Source: Chrysomallon squamiferum
Taxonomy: Eukaryota > Animalia > Mollusca
Reading direction: 5' to 3'
Length of the DNA stretch: 64,000 nucleotides
Assembly (NCBI GenBank): GCA_012295275.1
Contig: CM022665.1
Location: forward strand, 45,198,001-45,262,000
Part shown: positions 38,404 to 64,000 of the stretch, piece after piece
How positions within the stretch are numbered: position 1 is the stretch's first letter
Layout of the letters: each line of letters starts with the position of its first letter
Made by a program: the position numbers and the translations under genes
The notes under the pieces: generated by a model
The model's database searches: none
Seen by the model: the letters and a program-made list of their open reading frames with translations, nothing else
Told to the model about the DNA's origin: nothing

Positions 38404-41400
38404 ACAGTTTTAAAAAAAAAAAAAAAAACATTTTGTGAATAGCATTCTGTAATAATTTATGTTAATAGCTTTGTAAATAGAATCACAGCCAGTGTCAGAG
38501 GCTTGCATTATCACATGACAGATGTATTAAATATCAGTTTTAGCTGTAAAAACAACAAACTTTGGCTTGCAAAGCAGATTTTTCATTATACAGCAAATAT
38601 CTGTTAGGTTGTTGTGTTGGGCATTATAACCAATCTTTATCTTTGCTTTTCTTTCAGTTTAAGGAAATGAGTATTTCATTGCTTGTGTAGGCATTGACAG
38701 AAACCAAGGAACAAACAAAATAATTACAAAAATTGTTTGGTCTTGTGTAAAAATCACAAATTAGCTAGCATAGGTAGGGTTTTAAATGCGAATAGTATTA
38801 CCTTGTATAAAGCATATCAAAGTTAATTGCTCACTATGGATGGACTTTTCTTTCTTTTTTTTTCTTTTTTTTGTTAATCACTAAAATGTATATCTTTAAT
38901 AAGAATTGTCTAACTCTTCTTCCAAGTGTCTTTAAGGATGTTTGTTGATGACTTTCAGTCTGGAAAGATATGGTTATTTTATATCGGTGAAAAAGAAGAA
39001 GAAGCTTAATCATTTGTAGTAAAATGATGTGTGTTATGTTGTAAGAAAGTTTCACTTAATGGAATTATACATTTTTAAAACTTTACTTTTTTTAATTGTT
39101 ATTAATTATTGTTATTTTATTTTATTTTCTGGGTTGAAAAAAATTTTCCTATAATATATCTGAAAATGATTTTCTGCATTTGTGTTACATAATCCGGCTG
39201 AAACCTTATTCGTGTAGAACAAAAATTATTCAGCTTTTGATTTCCTTGCTCAAACCAAACTGATCAAAGCAGTGACACTTGATATTTATTTGTTTTAGCT
39301 AATTTTACTAAATTTTTAAAAAGTTTAAGGTAGGATGTCTGTTAGTGTTATGTGTATATAATTAATATATTTTGTAGCAGAACATCAGATTTTAATTTGT
39401 TGACCTTCCAGTCAAGCCAAAAGTAAGATAGACAATAAGTCTGGAAATGATGGGAAAATGTAGATTACAGAGACAGTACAAACTCTTGTATTCACAGAAA
39501 ACAGTTTGCCATGCATTTATGATAGAAAAATAAATTTTTAAAATAAAAAGTTATTTTCCCTTTATGGTTCCAAAGTTTTTAGGTACCTTACAACAGTATT
39601 GAGAAAATATTTTAAAATATGTTTTCATTGGGGTTTTTCATTTTTGTGTAAGATTTTTAAACAATTTGAATGAATGTTGTACAGGTATTGTAAAAGTTCG
39701 TGTGTGTGTGTGTAAAATATATATATATAATTTGTTTTCTGTGGCTTTTCTCTCAATTTTAACTTTGATTGATCAGTATTTTGGTTACTTTTGCAGAATC
39801 ACTGCATTGACACCAAACTTTAATAATACTTTGTCTCTGTTAATCATTGGGCAAATGTGAATTAGCTATTCAGAAAGCAGGATACATTGTGCTGAAGATG
39901 CACTTGTCATAACTAAAACGTTGTCAATGACAAAACATTTAATTTATCAGATTGCTATTTAAATAGCACAAGACATAATATCAAAAACAAGTTGTATATG
40001 CATAACATTCTTCATAATTCATTTCAAGTGTAGAAAGCTCATCTATTGATTTTATTTCAGCAACTCATATTTTTAATTTTTATTACTGTACATAGGGATC
40101 GACATTATTTTAGTATATAACAAGATGTATGTAAAACATTTTTAATGTTTTCTTTCCAATATATTTCCTACATTATTATTAAACAGAATGACCATTTTTT
40201 TAATTTATATGAAAAATAACTGCATGCAATACGACAGAAATAAAAGTTTCAACATTTTAGCAAATACATAAAACATGTTTATATTTTTTGTTTGGTGGGT
40301 GAAGTACTGAGAGGAATGAAGCATCAATTTTTTGTTTTTTTTTTTTTTTTTTCCCCTCCATGTTAATTGCAGAAATTGTGAAAATCTGTTGTGTATCAAC
40401 AAATTTGGAGAATGTCTTGGGAGGGAGGTGTTCTTTTGTTATCAATAGATAAAATAAATTTTTAAAAAGTGCTATCACTTAAAAAAAATAATAATAATAA
40501 TATAATAATGATATTGTGTGTGTTTCAGTTACTGAAGTTTGTTTATATGTAAATTTGTGTAGAAAAATAAATTTGTGAAATAAAACTGTGTACATGTATT
40601 CCTGATTTTTTTTTTTTTACTTTACCATGAAAGTAAGTCCAAGAAATACAAGTTTATTTTTAAAATAAAAGCTATTAAATAATAGCTGTGTTGTAAATTA
40701 AAAATGGGTATTCAGTGTAGTAAAATTATTAGTAATAATATAAAATGCATAATTTAAAGATACTTTTTTTTTATCAGTATTTTTAATAAGTTGGGTTAGT
40801 CCTATCATAAAATCAAAAATGAAACATTAATCATGAAAAAAAAATAATTTTAATAATTTTTAGATACTGCAAAAACAGTGGCCAATAATGTAAACCCCAG
40901 TCACATTAAAAATACACCCCCAAAAACATGATTTTGTGTAAATTTATCATTTAAATATTTCAGTTTTTCTGTGGTAAATTATGTATTATTTTTATTCAGA
41001 GTATCTAGAACACTGGGAGGGGGGGGAAGTTTGTCTAAATAAATTTTCTATATTAAATATAATCCATTTTGTTATGGATATATTTAAAAAAATTATACTA
41101 ATTTCAAAAAAGACTTTATTCAGAATGTTTTAGAAATTACTTTAGTATATATAGCACAACACACAAAAATTCATTCAAATAAAATAATTTCAGAATACAA
41201 TAGGAATAACTTAATAGACTTTTATTCAGAATGTTTCAATACACAGAAAAAAACATTTCTTTGTTATGGCAAAAATTGCATGATTAATCTGAATACTGAA
41301 GTACTTAAATTACTGGTCTCAATCAAAAATTTAAAAACCAAGATTTCAAAGAGGACATCTTTATTTCCTGTGTCTTTTTTTTTTTTTTTTTCCCTTGTAA

Positions 41401-41480
41401 ATAAAAAGTCTATATTAACAATCTAACGAACATGTCCCACACACAGTCTTGGTATATTTCAAATCACACTGTTGTCTGTT

Positions 41481-42253
41481 TTAAGCACTGGCCATTTGTT
41501 TCAGGCTTCCTATACATTTGCTTATGCTTTCCTTTTCCTGTTAATGAAACGAAAAAAAAAAATTTTAGGACACAGTTTTTTTAGACAAGGTTCCAAAACA
41601 ATAATCACAGAAAAAAAGAAAAAAAAAGTTTTTTTTAGGACAACACATTTTCAAATACAAGATTCCAAAAAATAATCACAGGTAAAAAAGCAACAAAAAA
41701 AACATTTTAGGAGGACACATTTTGCAATACAAGGTTCCAAAAAAATAATCACAGGTAAAACAAACCCCCCAAAAATGTTACCTTTAAACACAGTGAAGAA
41801 AGAAACATTTACTATGTGAATTCGTATTTTCAAACATATAGGGTATTAAATATTTAAAGTCTTTCTAAAATTCTTATATTTCAAAATGGAAAATGCGTGA
41901 CAATTGTATAATAAACGGAGAACAAAATTTTTAAATAAATAAATAATGCACCAACGACTAAGTAATAATTTTTATTAATTAATATAAAACAGGTAAAGTT
42001 ACCTGTTGAGGTGTGATGCCCTTAACAACGTGGTCGACAATCCAGCGAACCATGTGATCCTGTTCAAACGACCTCTTCACTGTCTGCATTTCCAGCTGAT
42101 AATCCTACAACACACAATAAATAAAAAAAAAAATTAATACACACACATACAGAAAAAAACAAAAAACACATAAAATAAAAAAATTAATATATACCCTAAA
42201 AAAACACACCATCTAGACAGTTTCATAGAATTAGTCAATAAAATATGACTAAC

Positions 42254-42286
<33 letters not shown>

Positions 42287-45200
42287 AAAAAACCTATCTT
42301 ATTGATTTGCAAAAACAATATTTAATATCTATTTTCACATCATTTTGAAAGACTAGACAGGGAACTCTGTGCTGCAATGGGAATTAAACCATTCAAAGGT
42401 TCCCTAAAGAGACTTGATCTTGCAGCTGATCATTTCTCAGGTGAGCTATGATCTGGACAAGATTTTTGTACAACTAATAATAAATCAAAAAACCTAATGA
42501 TTAATTAATTCAGCTCTACTGCACCACAAAGAATCAACAATGCAATGTCATAAAGAATTAGCTGAAGTCAATATATAAATGAAGATATAAATTTAAAAAT
42601 AAACAGATATAGCCAAATGTATTATTTAAAAACGTACAAGTTATCATTTATCAAACGAATGCTAACATCTACAGTCAGAAAATCCACTCTTTTTGGGGCA
42701 GACAGAACTTCTTTTATCTTTGCCTTTGATAATTTATCTGCTGGCTGTTTTCAATATGCAAGGTTTTAGTTTAGGATAAACTACAGCGTATACATACTTC
42801 AAGAAACTAATGAAAATTCCTGTGTAATGTTTTAGTTTAGCATAAACTACAGAGTAACATACTGTAAGAAATTAATGTTAATTACTGTGTAATGTTTTAG
42901 TTTAGAATAAACTACAGAGTAACATACTGTAAACAATGAATGAATATTCTTGTCTAATGTTTTAGTTTAGAATAAACAAAAGAGTAACATACTGTAAGCA
43001 ATAATGAATATTCTTGTCTAATGTTTTAGTTTAGAATAAACTAGAGTAACACACTGTAATCAATAATGAATATTCTTCAGCACGCACTTACCAGTCGTTT
43101 TTTCACTTCCTGATACACAGACTGTAGTCTCTGTCGATATAATGATTCAAGCTGCAAGTCCACATTTTCCTATACACATATAAAAAAATAAAAAATAATA
43201 AAAATAATTAAATTAAATTAAATTAAAAAAAAAACATTGTAATAAATATAGTAAGTTAATTTTTTTTTTATTAAATGAGTACATATCCACAAAAAAAAAA
43301 AAAATATAGACAGAAAAATTAGAATAGTCAAAGATATTGGTTCATTCATTCTGTTGTCTTTAGATTTTTTTGTCATATACTGTCTTGTAACAAGCAATAA
43401 TATATTATTTCTCTGTGATGTAACAAGCAGTAGTATATATTATCTTTCTGTGATATATGTCAAAATAAGTAAAGACTTAATAAAATTTACCTTCTTAGCC
43501 TGGAAAATGTATTTCTGTCCCTCCTGTTGCCAGATTTCTTTTTCTGCATTTTTGATTTCCTCGTGGTACACATTCTTTGCAGTTTCAATGGGTCTGATGA
43601 AATCAGTGTATTTAATTTTCTGGAGAAAAAAAAAGGAGAAGCAAACGACTAACATCAGAATTCATTCAAAATTAATTTCATATAAAAAAAATGTTTTTGT
43701 TTATTTAACACCAATTCTCATCTTCTGTTGAATAATGAACCAAACCAAACACAAGATAATGTTCCCATGCTGAATGTTGTGATCATATGAAAATCAGATG
43801 CAGACTCAAATTCAAACTGAGATCAGATTATTATACCTGTTATTCTATCATTTCTAAAATTAACTGTACTGAGTCAAGAAATTTATTATTCCAGTGTGTA
43901 ATTTTCAATGAAAACTTCCAAGAATAAACAGAACAGATCTTGTAGAAACAAATTTTCAGAAAAAAGTCAAAGACATTTATATATATTTTTACTAAACATA
44001 AAAATAAACCCTTCTAGCTGTTTTCTTACATTTCAAATTTGAACAAACATTCTGAGACAATGGTAACAATGAAACAATATTTCCGTTACTTTCACCTAAT
44101 CAAGAAACTGTTTTCAAAACTGATTACCTCATTTGTTTCGTCAAACGATTTTGACATCATTGGCCCAAGTTTCTTCGTCAACATCCAAAGAGCAAGGTAA
44201 AATCCTATAACTTCAGAAAAATGTGTCTCCACCACCCAGATCTCCTTGGAGAACAGATAAGCTACCAGGCCAGTGGTGAAAAGATATGGTCCTGTAAATA
44301 AGTGTTAAAAAAAAAAAAAAATAATATCCATGAAATACGAATAATTCGGAAAGGCAAAATCAGGTATTTTAACCTGATGAAAACCTACACTATCCTAACT
44401 ACGGCTACAGAAGAACTGTTTTTCAACACTTTTATAATATAATTTAACTAAAATGAGTTACGATTAAACTGTTTACGATTTTATGACAGTATTATAATCA
44501 TATTTAACCTGTTACGACCACACCAGTAGTTAATGCACTTACAAATGGTTATGAAGTAAACTTCAAACATTTACATTTACTTATTATCTTTCAAAAAGCA
44601 GTGTTACCTGTGACTCCAGTTTTGGGATAAAAGAACTGAAACCATTCTTCTGGGATGAAACCCAGGCGCACTTTCCCACTGTGCTCTGGCATCACTGGGT
44701 GTGGGAAATTCTTAGTGTCTCTTTCAGGTCCATAGAAAATGCTGTTGGCCTTTTCCCAGTTTTCAATCTGCTTTACAGCATCACTTTTATGGCGACATTG
44801 TACAACAGCCAAGACCCTGACAGTTACAAAATAACAAGTACATTTCTATCAGTAACAGAATATATTCAGTCAATAACAAGATGAGAGTTCAGTTTACCAA
44901 ATGTAGATTTTAAGAAATAATAAACTGTTTCATAATAACAATTTGGAAACACACGTGAAAATTACATATTTCAAATCTTTATCAGTTTATGGTAAGTGAA
45001 AAATTCGGATACATAAAGCATTATTAATATTTTAAGAATTAAAACATCGGTGGTTTCCTATTATGTTAATATGTACAGATTAAGCATGTTCTGATTTGAA
45101 GTAACAGAAATAATTGTTTTTCATTCAATTTACTGGTTAATCTATGAATAGTATAGATCATTCGATGAGTTACAATGCTTATTAGAAACTTACCTCTGTG

Positions 45201-45811
45201 TCGTCTGGGGTCTTACTAATGTGCTAAAAGCACCTGTAAAAATAAAAAAATAATCTTAGTATAAATACGTTTTTGAATAAACATGTTCTATACAGATTCT
45301 GTATTTATATTTGTCACTCCATTATTGGGATTTTAACTGTAATTTTATATATATATTTTTTTATATATAAATTCTTAGTTACATTCAAATAAACAATAGT
45401 AAATACATCTGCATATATTCATAAAAATAAATGTTTTTGAATTCATAAACATTAGTGAAATTATACCCTTCTGAGGATTCTCTAACACCTGCTAAATTTT
45501 AAAATAATATAATTCTGCTATTTCATACAAGTAACTGTAAATCTTTATTTTTAACAACATGCTGTTTAAAATGAGTATTATTTGGATACAACTATATTAT
45601 AATGTTATGCTATATCATTATTATATTGCTTAAGCCCGATTAAAGAGACCTACGATAACTAGTCGCCGATGCTTAATGCATGTTTAATGACACAAATAAG
45701 CTATGAAAATGTATAAAAATTAACAAAATGCAAATGCACATTGTAGACAGTTAGAAATATTGTGTCGAAAATAATTCAGCTACCTGATCTAAGGGCAATT
45801 GCTGACAACAT
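41481..45811 (-). CDS. ATP5PB: Mitochondrial ATP synthase F0 subunit b (peripheral stalk), 268 aa precursor
   Basis: Exons (minus strand): 45811-45784, 45233-45194, 44816-44608, 44291-44128, 43619-43491, 43169-43092, 42104-42003, 41537-41481 (807 nt). It has a transit-peptide-like start [68 protein letters not shown], and [27 protein letters not shown]. Confidence 0.95.
41565..41790. repeat. About 3 copies of a ~72-bp tandem repeat next to the ATP5PB last-exon acceptor
   Basis: GGACACA...ACAAGGTTCCAAAA..ATAATCACAG recurs at about 41568, 41638 and 41713. Confidence 0.8.
42763..43078. repeat. ~65-bp minisatellite, 5 copies, ending next to the ATP5PB exon 6 donor
   Basis: GTTTTAGTTTAGAATAAACTACAGAGTAACATACTGTAA...AATGAATATTCTT at about 42763, 42829, 42894, 42959 and 43023. 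Confidence 0.88.
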
Positions 45812-45843
45812 TTGTAAAACGTTCTTTGCCCTTGAAGATCCAA

Positions 45844-45912
45844 CCAAAATGGAAGGTAGACTAGTTACAGGAGCATCAAAGGGAGTACTTCCGGGTCAAA
45901 AGCAAAGGTCAT
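45844..45912. promoter_or_regulatory. ATP5PB proximal promoter with YY1-like, ETS/GABP and nuclear-receptor half-site motifs
   Basis: CAAAATGG at about 45845, TACTTCCGGGT at 45886-45896 and AAAGGTCA at about 45904, all 35-100 bp upstream of the ATG. Confidence 0.5.
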
Positions 45913-46535
45913 CTGAAGTTAACTGGAAGAAATGAAACATCAACAGGCCTGCAGTTTTTGAGCTGGTTACGATTTTATGTCATTATTATAATTATAATTA
46001 TACAATTTAAAAAAAAATCAAAAAAAAATCGCTCTTGTGATGTTTTAAATAATAATATATTAATTATATTACAAATTCACTTAACTGACAAACCAACTGT
46101 TTGCTTTATTGTTAATTTTTTATTTGTTTATTTATTAATTTATTTATCTATTATTATTATTATTATTATATTTATTAAAATTTTATTTTTACTTTACCTC
46201 TCTAAAAGGGTGGAGTGTGGCTCGGTGGTTACAAATGTTATGGTTTAAAGGATCAGTATTCATCAAAGTGCTCATTATTTCCCATTCCAACAAGAGACCC
46301 ATGACTTGTATATCGACTGTCATTGTGTATGGTCATATATATATATATATATATATAAATCCTCTACTATTTTATAAATGATAAAAACAGTCCATGTGGC
46401 TATAAGTTTTCACTGGAGATGTAATAAAACCAAAATATTTTTGTTATTAAATATTTAAAAATAATTATGTTCATTTATATTAAATTATTATTCACCTCAG
46501 TGCAAATGGCACAAAAAGTGTTACATTATTATTAC

Positions 46536-46568
<33 letters not shown>

Positions 46569-46634
46569 TTTCATTATCATTATTATTATCATTATTATTA
46601 TTACTGTTATTGTTATCATTATTATTATTATTAC

Positions 46635-46682
<48 letters not shown>

Positions 46683-47524
46683 CATCATAATCATTATTAT
46701 CATTATTGTTGTTGTTGTAGTTGTCATTGTTATTGTTTTTGTTGTTCATTAATTCTAAAGAAAATTTTGTAATATTGAGATAGACATCTCATCTAGAATG
46801 AGAAGAGTTAAGATGCCAGGAACCCTCAGTTTTTACATTATGATATAGATCTTACAGTTCTGTACAACATGGCTAGTGAATCATTTAATGTGGTATGTAC
46901 TGTCCTGTGTTGAATGAAAATATTACCAAGTTGTGCAATGGTTAAGTAAATAGTGTCAGTTTGGTAGTCACTGAGGTTGTATCTCAGAACCTGCTGTTAA
47001 AATGAATGATTGAATGATTTTTTATTTGATATTTCCAGAACTCATTTTATTATAAACAGGCATAAATTATATTATTATTATTGTTATATATATTTTAAAA
47101 CAGCAATGATTTATTATTATTTTTATTATTATTATTATTCACATTAATGATGAAATGAGAACCAACCATGGGCAGTTATTATTGAGTAGCAGAAAGTCTT
47201 TTATATAATGCACCTTACCATAGACAGTAAAATTGTTATTTTTAAATATTTTAATTTCATTAATTTTTTATCTTTATTGTCTTTTCTTTTTCTTTTTTTC
47301 CATTGTATTATTATTATTATTATTATTATTAATCATTTCTTTTCTCTTTAATTATTATTTATAATATTTTCATTTTTTTTTTAATTATATTTTTTTAAAT
47401 TATTTGTTTAATTATACAGCTGTCTGCTATTTTGTTGATTACAATCTCATTAGCTTCAGATATTGACAAAAAACGAATAAACACCATTCTTTACATCGCA
47501 GCTATGAAACGCTCTATATAAACC

Positions 47525-47862
47525 GCTGCCAATCAATACCACTGATCCAAAGACTGATCTGCAAAAAGAACTGAACCATTCCACGAAGACAGATATTGAT
47601 TGATTTCTCTCCGAAGGCATCGTCCCAAAACCCATCTTCCATGACGCTGGCTTACTACAGCAGCGAACCAACAGCATCCTTTTGCTGCTTACGTCAGAAA
47701 CAGCCCACCAGTAGCATAATTTATTCAGCTGCTCAATAGATGTGTGTGTGCATTGCTTCTTCATGGACAACCAAAATGGCTGCCATTTCCTTTTGGTTCT
47801 GAAGATGGTTTGCTCGTGTGAAGAACTGTGAAAGGGATTTCTGTTGGGCTGAGATATCAACC
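47525..47862 (+). promoter_or_regulatory. Putative JIP1 promoter/5' UTR island
   Basis: GC-richer patch with GCCAATC (about 47528), CRE-like TTACGTCA (about 47689) and YY1-like CAAAATGGCTGCC (about 47772), upstream of the ATG at 47863. Confidence 0.4.
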
Positions 47863-63452
<15,590 letters not shown>

Positions 63453-63774
63453 GTAAGCAAATTTCTGACACTCATTTTTAGTTAACTTATAAATGTTTTA
63501 ATAAATTATCTAATTTACAATAATTTTAATAAATTATATAATTTACAATAATTTTAATCAATTAATTAATATATACACCATTTTCTCTCTTTCTTTACAA
63601 TTTTACTTTCTGTTTGTTTGTTTTATTGTTTAAAACGTTTTTTTTTACCTGTTTGTTGTTTTTTTTAAACGTTTGATACCTGTTTGTTGTTTTATTGTGA
63701 TATCTGTGTTCCTGTAACTCCATATATCTTCCTTTACTTTTATTATGTTTGTTTATTTATGTTTTTTTTATTTA

Positions 63775-63813
<39 letters not shown>

Positions 63814-64000
63814 CATCATCATTATTGTTATTGTTATTGTTCTTATGATGATTATGATGATGATTATTATCATTAGTTCATTAGTTTATTATTACCAATC
63901 AGTATCATGATTATTATTACATTATTATGATTATTATTATTATTATTGCTTTTTATTATTATTATTATTATGATCATCACTATCATTATCATTCATTATC

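Overview
AT-rich, microsatellite-laden eukaryotic (animal) genomic DNA with intron-rich genes; the ORF track is mostly uninformative, so genes were reconstructed by hand from splice sites and reading phase. It is probably a mollusc/gastropod, inferred from repeat content and protein style and not certain. Five genes alternate in orientation: the 3' part of COPB1 (+, 18 exons, 343-11449), a complete RRAS2/R-Ras-like GTPase (-, 6 exons, 199 aa), a complete INCENP (+, 18 coding exons, about 1146 aa), a complete ATP synthase subunit b, ATP5PB (-, 8 exons, 268 aa), and the 5' part of a JIP1/MAPK8IP1-like scaffold (+, runs off the window). I found no tRNA, rRNA, CRISPR array or intact transposon, and no clear new biological system. 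The best leads are: a coding 45-bp minisatellite that multiplies TP (CDK-type) sites in INCENP; a DSGIGS degron built across a splice junction; an M-Ras/K-Ras4B-style membrane anchor on RRAS2; COPB1-RRAS2 adjacency shared with human; two GC-AG introns; alternative JIP1 first exons; a CHR/CCAAT promoter with an overlapping uORF; intronic tandem repeats that copy or abut splice sites; and an 80-bp inverted repeat in a JIP1 intron.
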